From contig NC_047073.1 of NCBI RefSeq assembly GCF_902459465.1, positions 5,890,001 through 5,954,000 on the forward strand: a stretch of DNA of 64,000 nt. Direction: 5' to 3'. The position numbers and the translations under genes are program-made. The notes under the pieces are model-generated. The model was not told the DNA's origin. It ran no database searches and saw nothing but the letters and a program-made list of their open reading frames with translations. Positions 34,141 through 48,100 of this stretch are shown here, piece after piece (positions within the stretch are counted from its first letter, which is position 1; each line of letters opens with the position of its first letter). Source of the DNA: Asterias rubens (lineage: Eukaryota).

Positions 34141-34711
34141 TCTTTTTTTCTGTTACGAAAGTGTATAATGGCTTTAATCCAACTGTGCCATATTTCACAT
34201 AGTAAAAAGAATGTTATATTAATATCCGAGTCACACATATTATTTTTATTGCGTGGCCTCTACACATACAACAACATTTTAACATTCTCTCAGCATTGTA
34301 CCCAACTAACCATTATCAACATTAGTAACACACAGAACCAACGAGGCTTAGAATAAATACAAACTAATAATGATAGCCCAAAACTAATTAACAATATAAC
34401 AATTGTTTCTTTCAACTAACATGTATTGCAATCCTGTTTTGTCTCAGCACAATAGGTGGAATATGTGCACGTGTACAAACAAAAAAGCAGACATGTAAAA
34501 AACCGAGCCATATGGATGTAATACTAGCGTGTCATGGATGGTTGCACAATTCTCTTCAGTTGAACATCTGAAATTTTGATGGCGACTGAGTGAGAGGACA
34601 TTGATAATTCATCAGGAATAACAAAAAAAATGTACCACTGACAAGCTAAAGGGATGTATGGATAGAATTGGTTTGAGCTCAGTAGACAAGTAGGGTACTT
34701 AAGGAACTTGA

Positions 34712-35344
34712 TTAAAGGGACACGTTACCTTGGATCGGGCCAGTTGGTCTACGAAAAGGGTTTGAAACCGTTAGTTATAAAATGCAATATGGTTAGAAAG
34801 ATGTTTTAAAAGTAGAATATAATAATCCACTTAAATAAGCCTTGAAATTGCATGGTTTTCATTATACGTCGTTCTCCAACGAGACACGCCAATTTGTGGA
34901 GTCAAGCTTTTGACTCCACAAAGTAGCCGACCGTGTGAGTTCGCAAAGTAAAAGGAAAACCATGCAATTTCGAAGGCATGTTGTGTTGATCATTATACTC
35001 TACTTTATAAACATCTTTCTAACCATATGTGACCATCCACCACCAATGGGCTGTAAAGTCGCACTTGTACATTGCAGAGCCTATTAAATAGAAATCTGAA
35101 TAAAAAAGTAGGTGGCTTTGAGAAATCATAACTTCGTCAAGAAAAGTCTGATTTAAATGTGGATGGTATCATTTTGAAGCTGATTACACACTCTCTCCAA
35201 AAATGCATTGAGCCCATAACAGTAAAAGTGTCAACTTTACAGCCCATTGGTGGTGGATGGTCACATATACGCATTTTAAAACAAATGGTTTCAAACACTT
35301 TTCATGGACCAACTTGACCGATCCAAGGCAGTGTGTCCCTTTAA
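34712..35344. mobile_element. TTAA-flanked palindromic MITE (Kolobok/piggyBac-like)
   Basis: ttaaagggacac..ccttggatcgg ... ccgatccaagg..gtgtccctttaa with long inverted arms. Confidence 0.85.
35028..35265. mobile_element. Nested MITE with perfect 32-bp TIRs and TA target duplication
   Basis: TA-tgtgaccatccaccaccaatgggctgtaaagt ... actttacagcccattggtggtggatggtcaca-TA. Confidence 0.88.
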
Positions 35345-36136
35345 CGGACAGCGAAATGAGAGCGTGGACAATGGACAACATTGTCTGTTAGATCGTACTA
35401 GACCTACGTGTAGGGTTTCGTACAACATGCTATCCACTCAAGATCCTACATTTATATGCGTGCAATGTACGTCATTCCTAATTCTTAATACCATGAGATT
35501 TGTTTTCCCCAAAATTATCCCATTGTTCAAACACTGTTTGCGTGTAGGAGGGAAAAGTGAGTTAACATTATAACAAAAAACATTTTGGTTTTTATTTTTT
35601 TGGTCTGTTCCATTGAGTCTTAATCTAATTGTCCAAATGGAATCCAGTGTATTTTTGCACAGTATTTCCATGGGAACTCTTGACTTTCTGTTTATTCTGA
35701 GTACAATGTTCAATCAAGCAGCCGAATTAAATAAAACAGGTCAAATACACACCAATCCAATCTTTGAGGAATAGTCGGAGACTCTTGAAAGATTCTTTAA
35801 TTTCTTAGCTGGCAGACTAATTTGGACTAAATTGTCCTTCAAAATTGTTTACTCTTTTCCCAGCATTGTGGATCTAAACCATTTCTTATATTCTGCTGTT
35901 AAAAGGTACTCGTTCTATTCCTTATAGCCATCTATCTTAATCTTTAAAGGTAGGTTGTGCAAATTTGTGATGCGATCAAGCAAAATGAGTCGTCTATCGA
36001 CCCAGGTCATTTTGATTTGCTTATTCCTATAAATTTGAAAAGACAAGGGGAGAACCCTGGTTGGTCGTGTCTATAACAATGGTGAGAGCATACACAAGTA
36101 CTTTTAACATTGACACTGAAGTCAATATACGTAGTC

Positions 36137-36271
36137 CAGCCTTGATACTTCACGGAGGCAAGGAAGGCGATTGCATCCATGCCCCCTGCCTTGGTGCCCT
36201 AAAAATGTACAACTTCCACATAGAGTGCCCTTTACCCCCTTGCCCTTTCAAAAACGAAGCATACAGGCCTG
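36137..36271. mobile_element. CAGG...CCTG MITE family copy
   Basis: Ends gccctttcaaaaacgaagcatacaggcctg. Confidence 0.7.
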
Positions 36272-39200
36272 ATAGCCACACCCCAGACACAGACACATTC
36301 CCAGCCCTAGCCACAACCACATTGAGAACTATTCACACCATCAAACCATGGAAGCTACCTCCATGATAAAACACTGCAGTAAATTACTCCTTCAAGGCAA
36401 GCAAAGCCATGCAGAAAAGATAGAGGTGTATCAACCCTAACCTCATCAAAATATCACAAGTTGAAGTCCACATCTAATAAAAGTAATCATCCAAGATCGT
36501 CACAAGGCTAGACGACCATCTATAGAGTGGTGCCACCATCTTCATCTCAGTGTTTGGAATAACACTAGTCAGGGCACCAGACAGGAAACAAGCCTTGTAC
36601 CCGTTGCCATGGCACCTCTCCTCTACACAAATGTAGCCATGTAGATACAAGTAATGAACTAATAAGCTTGCCTCCTATTGTAGTCATAAAAGCCACGTTA
36701 CGGTTGGAAAGCCCCGTAAAAAGACGCCACTGTCAGCCTGTTCAGAAGGGCACCCATTAGGAAAATGGCCTCCATGTAAAGAAAGTGCATGTAATTACCA
36801 TTAGGCTAATGGTCATATACGCTAATCACACATTCATTAGTAATGAATTCAATAATTTATACGTGGCTTACTAAATTACAGTAGAACGGGAGAGTCAACT
36901 CAGAAGCTTAAATGTCAAGATGGCTGACCCATATTGCAGGCTGGAGTACAAAAAATACAAGGTTCTACTCGTCCCAAAATAGCTTCTTTTTTCTTCAATG
37001 CGTCTCATTTCTTCATCTAAACCTTGCATGTAAAACCACATTAGGTTTGAACTTGCAGTTATCTTAATGACAACATATGTATGTATGAGTGCCGCATACT
37101 TTCTTTTTATATTAAGTGGTTTGTCAGATGACGCTATTGTCCAACAAAATTTAATGGTGCAATAACGATGATTCATTCTACACACACGCAAGTTCTGAAA
37201 TTGCACTTAATCTATATTTCACTCCTCGTGGAAAAATTTACATATTTCCTAATAGGTAGGGGTGCCCTAGAGCCGACAAATTCTAAATGTATTTGTATTT
37301 ACGAATGTGAAATTAAAGAACGAAGGCCTTTCCGATGTTTAAAGTGATTATCATTTGACCAAACCAAAACTAACACTTTGGGTCTGGTACCCTCTCAGAA
37401 GATTGGTATTGAAAGATTTGCGAAAGAGGCACCAGAGAAAGAAACGCTGTTTCTGAATTTAACAGTGGATGTGGCTGGATCACATTAACATGTATCTGCC
37501 TTTTCACAAATACTCGGTACGCGTGTGTTAGCTGTGGAATGGGGTTAATGCTGGTCTAGCTAGCAATCAAGTTTGATCGTTAGCTAGACCAGCATGCGAA
37601 ATGGGTATTCCGAAAAGTTTTATTGAAGCATAGGTTCAGTTAGCAACAACCATAGCAGCCGATTCATACGCAGCCTTAATACATTGCAAATATTCTGGTT
37701 GTTTTCAAATGAATGTGCAAAGAGTTCTGGTTACAAAGACAGCTAATGAAAACATGTTCCCATCTGGAAACACTTTCTTCAAACTTACGAACCATGATGC
37801 ACTCTCTGATAACCTTCAAGCTCTACTTCACGTTTTCTCACAATTTTCTCATTTCAAAAAATTAGTCTCCTGTTGTTTCGACGCTCACTGTCTCATTCTC
37901 TTCTATGAATCGTGTTTTTATTTAAAAAATCCTTTGTAGCGTAAGTAGGTCTCTTTGTCAAATAAAAAAAGTATCCGAGAGATGAAACAAACAAAAAGAG
38001 GGAGAGAAAGCAACCATCGATCCGCAACCATGATTTATTTCAGCCATCACCCGACACAACCAGACATCATATCTCTCTGAAAAACATGTACCTGGAATAA
38101 CCATTTCTCCAGTTACAAATTGCTTGGATGCAATTAGGTGAGAGGGATTGGGGTACCCAGCCAGCCAGTGCGGACTTGGACTGCTGTTTAATAATACAAC
38201 CAGTGGGCCGTGTTGGGCGATATATAACACACTTAGAATAATCATCGCAGCGGGTGCTTTTGTAATTTCTTGCATGGCCAGCTCTGGGATCGGATTAATT
38301 TACACTGGCAGACTCCGCCGTAACAGTCTCAGGGAGTATGTTTCTAGGAGTCGACACTGTGAGAATAAATGTTGTTATTGAAGTTTCCTGAGAGAAACGA
38401 TCGGGTAAAACCCAGAGGGCTGCGGAAACCTGTCAAAGGAATCATTTCGAAGATTGCAGAAATGTTTACCTATCAACAATTTTCAAATTTATACAAGTTT
38501 GAAAAACTGAAAATTTGTATTCATCACTGTTTTTAAGGGGGGAAGCAAGTCATTTTCAAACATCTAGTTTTGAATCATCATCATCATCACCATGTCCCAT
38601 AGCCTTAAGGTCGGCCTTTTGGGGCAACCCTGCTTTCTTGACGATTAGGCCCCACTGTTTTTGGACCTCCACCATTTGTCTAGTGCTTGCTAAACTTCCC
38701 TGTGTGAACTTTCACCATTATTATGACCAGAACAAAAGAGGTCCACGTGATGTTGGGACTTGACACACTATGTGGACTTAAACACGTCCGCCCAGTGTTA
38801 TAGGAGAAAAATGTCTAAGCTACATGGATGCAAAAAATAGGCTGTGAGTATCCATGTGTGTGTTTTGTTTGTGCTTGGTATTTTTTTTTGCTAATCCAAC
38901 AAGTCCAAACAACAGAGGATAGTTTTTGAAAAAGTAATCGGACATGGTATGTAAATAATATGATGAACAAAATGTAGGGAAATCGTCCTGGAGTTGCTGT
39001 TTGGACTTGTTGGATTTTTTTTTCTGTACCGAAAGGGTCCAATGGCTTTAAAGGGATGCTGCAGTGAATTCAAATAAAACAGTTAACTTTGCTGTCATTA
39101 ATTTCTGATATATGTATTGAACATCAATAAAATGTGTTTTGTTTATTCTCGATATATCTTACTTGCGTAATAAGCGAATAAGTCATGCCCCCCCCCCCTT

Positions 39201-39855
39201 TTGTGGATTGTTACCGCCCCCCTACCATCGATGTCACGTCGGGAATTCAAACATATCGTCGGCAAAAAGAGTCTGGTCCCTAACTACACGCGCCTAGGTA
39301 CCAGCCCACACTGTGCACACGTCTCTATATGAACACAGCCAGGGGGCCCGACGGCTCGGGTTACCGACATGATGTCACGTTTATGCAAGAAGGCTCCCTT
39401 TTAGGGGTGTGGTCGGTTCCCCTAATCTCTTGAAAACCATTTTTAAAATACTTGCGCATTTTATACAAAAAAAGAAGAACAAAAATTCAGGTTTAAAAAG
39501 TCATGTTTAATCATTTAAATGAATAAAAAAAAACACTGCAGCCACCCTTTAAAATCCAATAAGTCCAGATAGCAACTCCGGGACAATTTGTTCTAAAAAA
39601 AATTCATCATATTTTTCATTTATCATGTCCTTTTACTTGAACACAAATGACCCTTTGTCTATTCATTGGGATAACCAAGTTTGCTATAGAGGCTGCCATG
39701 TAGTAAAGTACATCACTCATCAAAACAATGGGAAAATGGTCTCAGTAATTAGTGTTTGTGGCGGGAATTGCACGCTTCGGCAGCCATGGAAAACTGGGAG
39801 TGTAGCATATTAAGACTGAGTGCATGCTTTCATCATCTGCTTTGGTTGGTAACTA

Positions 39856-40025
39856 CAGGCCTAATCTCTGTCAATGGAGGTGATTGCCTCCATGCCCTTT
39901 GGTCATTGCCTTGGTGCACTTGAAATGCTCCAGTAGAAGTTTATAATTTCTTCACAGGGTGCCCTTTACCAGAAAGAAAATACCTTGGTGCCCTTGCCCT
40001 TTTAAAACTGAAGCATACAGGCTTG
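39856..40025. mobile_element. CAGG...CCTG MITE family copy
   Basis: caggcct ... aaactgaagcatacaggcttg. Confidence 0.72.
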
Positions 40026-40064
40026 CACTACATTAACAGTATTGCACAACAGTATGACATCCAG

Positions 40065-40200
40065 TGGCTGAGCCATCTAGGGCACCAGACTGGTAGTCTG
40101 ATCAGCAGAGTGTGCACTCTGGTCCTAGTCCTGACACTTGGAGCAAGACCATCGTCCATTATTGCTTGGCCCTTCGAATGCTGCATAAAGCGATTGGTGT
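40065..40200 (+). mobile_element. Decayed tRNA-derived SINE
   Basis: gtggctgagc...gggcaccagac...cagcagagtgtg...ttggagcaagac, similar to 30280-30535. Confidence 0.5.
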
Positions 40201-40775
40201 GAGTATTGTCAAATGCATTTTAGAGAGCCAAACACACTTATTGTTAGAGAAGGGCTTGCCCAGGTATTTTGTGGCATAATGGCTGCAGAATGCACAACAG
40301 CACCTTGTTAAAAAAAAAAAATCTTTTTAATGGATCTCATAGTTCATAGGTCTGTGATATCGTACAGTAAAAAGACTTGCAAGCGCGCAATTTTGATTCA
40401 TTGGTTCACAAGTCCAGGCCAAACCAAGTAATAAGTAGATCTCCCTGTTTTGTTCAACTCACAAGCTAGATCCACACTTTGATGTGGAAGCTTCCAATGA
40501 CTCCCATGTGCATCTCAGCCATATAATGCTTTCCAGTGTGAAATCAAGCAATGGGTTTGACCCCAGGAGACCCGAGAGTGTTCAGAACAATCAGTCAGGT
40601 TCTCCCTCATATCCTGTTCCAAATAGATAATGTCCCTGGAAAACCCTCGGCTGATTTTACCACGATAGATCGATATGATTAAAGGCCTAGGCCACAGAGA
40701 AACTACAATCCTGGCCAAAATGCTTGGGCCAGCCATTCGCAATGTGACTGCATAGAGTAAGGACAGAGAAGGAGT

Positions 40776-40966
40776 ACACCGATCCAGTAGGCTCCGCCCA
40801 CGACGCACTTGTGAGCAAGAACACGTGGGGCTCTCCGATGCCTTTCTGCACAACTCTGCCGCGCGCGCCAAGATACGCGCACGCATGTCGGACCTTATTT
40901 GTCGAACCTTCGTTGCGTTGTGATTGGTCAATACGCAATGGGGCGGAGCTTAGTGGATCAGTCTGT
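40776..40966. mobile_element. MITE
   Basis: acaccgatccagtaggctccgccc ... gggcggagcttagtggatcagtctgt. Confidence 0.7.
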
Positions 40967-42532
40967 TACAACTAGAGTCTGTGTCTTTACTCTATGGTGA
41001 CTGTCCCCCCCCCCCCCCCCCCATCACAATGAGAGCCAACATTGAAATGAGGCACAGTGCGGGGGCCGGGATTGTACAACTAAAAAGTAATGATTTTGAT
41101 TTCATAATTGAGTTCAGGCTGTGGGTCATTTGGCACTGGGTTCTCCCTTGAAACATCACCCTTTTGGAAGAGCTAGTTTGTAAGGACTACATGTAAATGT
41201 AAGTTCGCGGCGAAGACATCATGTGAGTGTTCTCTTCTGAATATGTGTGGTTCTGAATAAGCTTTGCGTTTTTTTAATTTTGGGATCTACTGAATACCGT
41301 CACCAAAAATACAGCCTTTGCTTTGTATATCCATAAGTTTTCTTTATTTTTATGTAAAAACTAAATCAGATGCAGTATTGATTTTGTTTATATCGCGGTA
41401 TTGAAATTGAATACTGATCATTCCAGTATTTCTAAAACGGCTCTTGGTATTTTTGTATTGAGCCAAATATAATATAGAAAAACCCTGGAATAATTGAGAC
41501 TCGACACTTGAAATGAAAAGCTTGCCAAGACAACAAACAGAGCATACCATTTTCATTTTCTCAGAACCACACAAATCTACAAGAGAAAATTAACATGGCG
41601 TCACCGTGAACTCTTATTCCTTATTTGACTAACCACAGTGCAGAGCTATTTAATTTACTCTCAGCCGTTGTCATGTCTGGCAAAGCCAAAAAAATCAAAC
41701 AAACATGCATTTCATTCAAGAAAAAATTATCCCGCCCTGAAAAGAATAAAACTCTAGGCTTGTAAAGACTCGTTTATGTTGGCTGAACTCTTTTGCCTGT
41801 TTTACCATCTTTAACCCTGTTTTAAGGAACCAAGCTTCAGCATCACTGACATGATTCTATGTCATCCATTGTCATGTCAATGAGAGCCTCTTTTATAATA
41901 AAATGTAAATGAGAATCTGAACTAAGTGTTTGTAAAGATAGTTTTGTATTGATCATTGAATAATATACAGGCGTGATATAAGTGTAAGGCAGAAAACACT
42001 TGAGTATTTAAGACTGACATTTGGACCTGGCCAACGGAGAACCAAAATGGATCAATTTCATTCCATATCGGAGACTACAATTACGGTTTGTTGGCGACGG
42101 CCGATTTGCGATAAGTTTGTTGTTGCAGTAACACTGTACGGGCCTAGTAGCCGAATTCTCAACAAAATACTCAATTACCTGCATGATTGCAGTCATCAAG
42201 CTTTGGTGTACTCAGCCTATTGGCTGCGTATGTGGAGTTTTTTGTGTGTTTTTCAGGGAGGGCATCTTAATTCCATATGGCTAGGCCGCTTGGGCAATGG
42301 AAAGTTATTATCATCAATCACATGTCATTGTCGTTTCTTGTTCAGGTATTATATACTGTACAACCATTCCACTCTGGCTCACTAAGGGACGAAAATCACT
42401 AGTTTAGTTTTTCCTTATTTGATTTTTTTCTTTCTTTTTTCTCTCTTTTTTTCTTAGCTGAAAATCTTTAAGTCCCCATTGACATGTTAACTCAGAATAA
42501 TGCATTGACAACTGTAGGATTTATTTTGTATT

Positions 42533-42565
<33 letters not shown>

Positions 42566-42864
42566 TATCATTTTCCAAAATGGATAAAAGGTGTATTCCC
42601 TCTAGAGCTGGATTGAAACATTGCCTGATGAAATGTAGGTGGTAAGAAGAAAAAGACTTCTTAAAGACCGGACCTCAAGAGATATGGATTACATGTTACA
42701 CTTGAAGTCAATGTCTGCATTCTAACTAGAAGAGACAGTCAGTAGTGAACTGATGAGAAGTTGACTGAAGTGCAGTAGAAATAAAGACTTCATTCTTCCA
42801 GTTGAGTAACACCAAAGCAATATTCTACTTGGGAGTTTGTTTGGATTTTTTTTTCATAGGTAAC

Positions 42865-43198
42865 TTAAGGATACTGGACACTAATGGTCATAAATGAAAG
42901 TAATTGTATAGCATAAAACAAAACTTGTTGGTAATATGAGCAATTGAGAGCTGTTGATAGTATAAAACATTGGGAGAAAGAGGTAATTTCTCACTCCAAT
43001 ATTATAAAAACTTCAGGCCTGAAGCCTTTTATTATGCATCTGAGAGCACACAAATTTGTGCAACAAGGGTGTTTCTTCTTTCATTATTCTATTGCAACTT
43101 TGATGACCAATTGAGACCAAATTGTATGAATATGTTCAAGATAAACCGAGTCATAATACCGGTGTTTGACAATTACCAAAAGTGTCCAGTGCCTTTAA
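42865..43198. mobile_element. TTAA-flanked MITE family copy
   Basis: ttaaggatactggacacta ... aagtgtccagtgcctttaa; opposite orientation to 57394-57775. Confidence 0.8.
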
Positions 43199-44176
43199 CA
43201 CTAGGCTTGACTGTAGAAATGTTGTCAATGTTGTTGTTTTTCTTGTGTACAATTATAACTATGATCAAATTGATTGAAGAGATTGTAATAACAAAATGGA
43301 ACGATCTGAGTGCATTGGGACACAGGATATCAACGATTTCCTATCCAAGGAAAACAAACCTAGAATGAAAGTAGAAGGATATAACATGTTTCATGTTTTG
43401 TCAAAAAATGTTAAAGAAATTGAAATTCTCTAGTATGAATATTTTGACAAGACAAAATAAACTACGTTATGTTTTGATTGTGCTATAACGGATAAGAAAA
43501 AGCTTCCCCTGGACCTCAACTGATAAATAAAAAAAAACACGGATATGGAAAAATAAGAACAGCTATAAAATCGTTTAAATCTCTAAGCAGTTATCTTTTT
43601 CTGAACTGTGGAACTGTGATTATTGTTTTGGCATTTTTATAAAAACTGTTGCTGTTGGCATATCGACCCAGACGTTTTTTTGTTTTTTTTTGTTTTTTAC
43701 ACCATTACTCCTTGTGAAGTTGTGACTATCACTGTATCTGTTATTACACAGATACATACAAAATCTGATGCAATTTATATTCAAGCAATATAATCAAGTA
43801 TTTTAAAGACAATTTGAATGATGAGTACCCTCAGGTAACTGTGTATTGTGAAGAGTATAATTCATGCAGCACTTAATGCAGAGCCATTGTTACTGGTAGT
43901 GTGGCGCCTGTAAAAAAGAATTCCATGGAGTAAAACAGATAGAAAAGCTGTATGAATACATGAAATATATAATTACAACAAAGCCTGTTAGTTAGTAATG
44001 ACGTTAAAAACGGACAACATCATTGTTCTCCCTCGATGACCATGGATTACCATACAGAACACTACAGACTGTATTTTTGGGAAAGGTTGGTTTATAACAG
44101 GTGCATTTTCCAAAAAGATTTTGGGGTTTGGAACGAATTGCCTGAATAATAATTTGTTGAATTTATATTGCCTTTA

Positions 44177-44309
44177 TAAAGCCCGGTTCATACTTTTTGC
44201 GAATGCGTATGCGAAGCAAATGTGACGTCACACCCTCCTTTCGCAGCGAATTTGTGACGTCAAGATTCGCTTCGCATTCGCAATCGCAGGAAGTATCAAC
44301 CGGGCTTAA
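44177..44309. mobile_element. PIF/Harbinger-like MITE copy
   Basis: taa-agcccggttcatactt ... aagtatcaaccgggct-taa. Confidence 0.8.
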
Positions 44310-45019
44310 CTGCCCTCTTCCCAGACCAGCCTGTTTGAGGGTGCCTTCAACTTGTTCAGTGACTAGCCAGCAGGACTAGTTAGTTTGTCTGCCAGCTTTT
44401 CCACTGGTCTATTGAACATGTATACTTGTCAACATTGAACTGGCCAGCCCGACCACTAGGAAAGAAGTTGGACTGGTGCTCAGGTGTTTTGACCAGAATA
44501 AAGTGGATAACTTTTAATGGGAAATGCCTTCATGAGTGAAGCTAGAGGACAATATTATAAACAATCTGAGTTTTAGCTGACATTGACATTAAAAAAGGGG
44601 AGTGACTTTTTGAAATAATCACGCTCTCCAATTAGCAGAAAATTCAAAGAGCTGAATACAACATTTGTTGCTTGAACATTCAGAAAGTGTTTTTTATCTT
44701 TTGTCTTTCCAGTTATTCTTTACCATTTTCCATGTTCATCTGAGGAATCAAATACACCAACTAGACAAACATGAGACAATGTAGGTTTTTAGACATGCTG
44801 ATGGTATAGCACAAATGGTAACCCGTACAGGCAGATTATTCAACTCATGGCTAGATGTAAAACATACACATTGAGCACTTTTTGCAAGGCAAGGAGGGGG
44901 AGAGGGGATTGAGGGGAGAGGGTAGGTGTCTAGCACCTGAGGACACACAAAAACAGACAAGACAGACTGAGATTAACAGGGGAAATATTTAAGAAGAAGA
45001 AAAACAAAACCCTTGTTAC

Positions 45020-45118
45020 CTTTTTGGCATCGTTAATGGGTGAATCACCACCGCCGAAGGTAGAGGCGAGGGGATTAGTGGTGGTACCGTTTGGTGTGAA
45101 CAACTCATCTGAGCCCCG
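45020..45118 (-). CDS. PTBP1: PTB exon with NLS/PKA region (RGSDELFTPNG...INDAKK)
   Basis: Matches PTB KRGSDELF...KK; acceptor ccacag|CGG, donor AAG|GTAACA; 99 nt, phase 0-0. Confidence 0.93.
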
Positions 45119-48100
45119 CTGTGGTTGGTGGACGAAGGAATGGAACGAGCGAGTGTAACGAACGAGCGTACGCACGTACAGGACGGAGGTGAAGAAGAGA
45201 ACCGAGAGGAGAAAAAGAAACAAAAGTGGAGAAAAAAAATGCGGCAAGTCAGAAGAGGGAAGTATGAATGGACAGAGGATGGTTAAAAACGACGTACATG
45301 CAAATGGACCTTGCCCCCAAAACATTTCATAGCAACACACTGGTGATATTAAGCAGCTTTTTGGAAATTGTTGAAAATGATAAGATAAATTAACCTTTTT
45401 GTTGTCTGACCAATAAGACAATTTAGGTCTTGTTCCTGAATGAAAACACAATCAATTCAGCTTTGCTGACTGACGACAAAGGAGCACAAAAAACGCTGTC
45501 ATGTTAATTAATTTCAAATGACAGGTAATAAAGGCTCTTTCATTAAACTGTTTCTGTATTACAATAATTTTTTAACACCATGACTTTTTTTTTCTTTCAT
45601 GGGCGCTAAAATATTTTGGAAAAGGTCCATTTTAAATGTAAGAATATTTTAAGCATAAAAGAAACACAGTTGAATAACAGTTTGTATTTAGGGTACCATA
45701 ACCAATCCAGTCCAAACAAAAACAGCGATTATCCTACAGCGACTAACACATAGAAAAAGTGATTGTTCTTGTAGTTATTAAGGTAAATAACTGCATAAAT
45801 AATAAGACATTAAAAATGGCAAGAGATGTCCACCCCCTCTGCGCAATGGAATGCCCCAACGAAAGCATGATTTCCTACACGTATGGGAGGAGGATGCAAA
45901 ACAATGTGCGACCAGCAGGGGTGTGTGATAGAATAACATCAAACATAATGTAGTATTAAAAAAGCACGGGCGGGGGGGAAAATAGCTGTGATGAAGAAGG
46001 GTAGTTATAATTAATCAAAAAATTCAAACTACAAGAACATGCAAAATAAATGCAGCTTTTACGTCTGAATTCGTGCAATGATTGGTGTTAACGAAAAAAG
46101 GATGAAACTTGTTTTCACTCTCTGTCCTCGAAAAAAAAATATATATAGTCAAGAAATAGTTTTGAGAAGTTGACCAAGTTGAGATGATGGACACCCACAG
46201 CGCTTAGGTTACAAAGTATTTGAAGACGATAATTAGTCAGGTTTTAATGGAGCAGAAGGCCGGGGGGGGGGGGGGGGGGGGGGGGTTTCAGAACAGGAAA
46301 AAAAAAAAAAACTTTTGAAAGAGAGGATGTGGAAAGTTTACGTCCAATTAATTTGCAAAGGTCATTTCACGGGATGGACTTTCTAGAAGACTCCATCTTT
46401 GTTTTTTTGTCAGTGACAAGAACTTTTCCACCTGTATCCTAACATAAGCAATAAATTATCTGCACTCTACACACACTAATTTATACAAGTTAGCAATACG
46501 CATCCTGTGCTACATTAAACCCCGTCTCCTTTTGGTGATTTACTGGGATCCTTCCTCAATCTAACAAAATCCAATACCAAATGGTTACTCAACACTGAAA
46601 TTGTTGGACTCTGATTATTATAGTACGCATTCTCGAGACCTGGTCTCAGTTTTATGACTGTCTCACGACAATTTCTCAAGATCGTCTTAAGATCGTCTTA
46701 AGACCGTCTTGAGACTTTTCTTAAGAAATTTATTGTGGTGAGGAAGGTTGTTTTTACATTAAAAACAATTCCCAGATAAAGAACGAATTTATTTAAAAAT
46801 AGAAATATATATTGGAAATGAGATGATGAAATCCAAATTTCTATTGAGCTTCTCACATACATTACACATCGATCCTGTTTCAGTGCCAAATCAAAACCTT
46901 CCCATCTATTATAAACTTCCCACCAGAGCCCTAGTCTCGAACACTGTAAATGAGATCTTTAATATGGCTCTTCCAAGACAAGATTGTTAAGTGGAAAGAG
47001 ATTCCACAAGTGGTTTCCTCGGGCTCCTACTAAAGCGCCTTCCAATTCCACCAAGTCTTTTTATTCAAGAAATAATCATCACCATGCATCATCCTCCTTT
47101 GAGGAGCAACCCATCCTCAAGGACCTTCTACCAATAACCACCTTTATAAATCTCTTTCATTAGTTCCTCTTTTTGTCCGTCACAAAAGACCAGGGATATT
47201 TTTTATATACATAAAAACCATCCCTGTATAGATACTTAACGAGGTACAGTAACAGCGTTACCATATTTGCGGATCATTTGCGGATCCGACTAGTAACAAA
47301 AGGGCTTTAATTCTCAAGGGGACGGCAGACACAGCACCGTCTCCACTTCTTATTCTCCTCTCCTGAAAAGCACAGGATTTTAATTTGATTTGCTCTATAT
47401 GTCTTGGGACAGACGGAACATTTCCGAGACAGTCCTTTGATTACACAATCTAAGTGACATTAAAAGGACCTTCACAAGGACTAGAGTAAAGTAGGGACTC
47501 TGGTCTGGTACGACGAAGGACAAATCCAGTCCAGCAGGAAATCTTAAAGGGTAGACTCATAAATTTATGTCAAGTTCCTAAAACATTTACAGAGGAATCA
47601 CAGTAACCCAAACACTGAGTCAGGGCTGGAAATACTACTAAATAGATCACTGGCTAGAGTGTAATATTTTCCAGTTACCACCCCACCCCTTTCCACAAAC
47701 TGAAAAAGTGTTGTTGTTTCAAAACACATAAATTGAAGATTACCAATATATGCCTGCTTGAGCTTTGTATACTGTGAAGGCGACCGGCCACTTAAAAACT
47801 CTGCAATTATGTATAAAAAGAGAAACATAAATACTTTGGGTTTGGCGTCAAATCTTCTGCCAAGTCTCATGACATTTATAATCTGCAAATTGTCTACTGG
47901 AGACTTTCTCACATATTCAAGCCCTGCAAATCTAGCATTTGCATGATACACAAAACTAGCCCCTCCTCCTGCCACTAAACATAAATGGTCTATTTACCCA
48001 GTCCAATCTTACCAACAAACAAGTCTCAGACAAACAGCCTTCACACAGTTACTATGTGATGTAGTTGTCAGATACACAGCCAGAGCTTTAGACAAAAGCT

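Noticed and set aside
40515-40938. 138-aa Arg-rich ORF
   Set aside because: Overlaps a MITE; no transposase or other motif recognised
42750-42785. CTGATGA...GAAA hammerhead-like match
   Set aside because: Stem II is not adjacent to the core; no stem I or III
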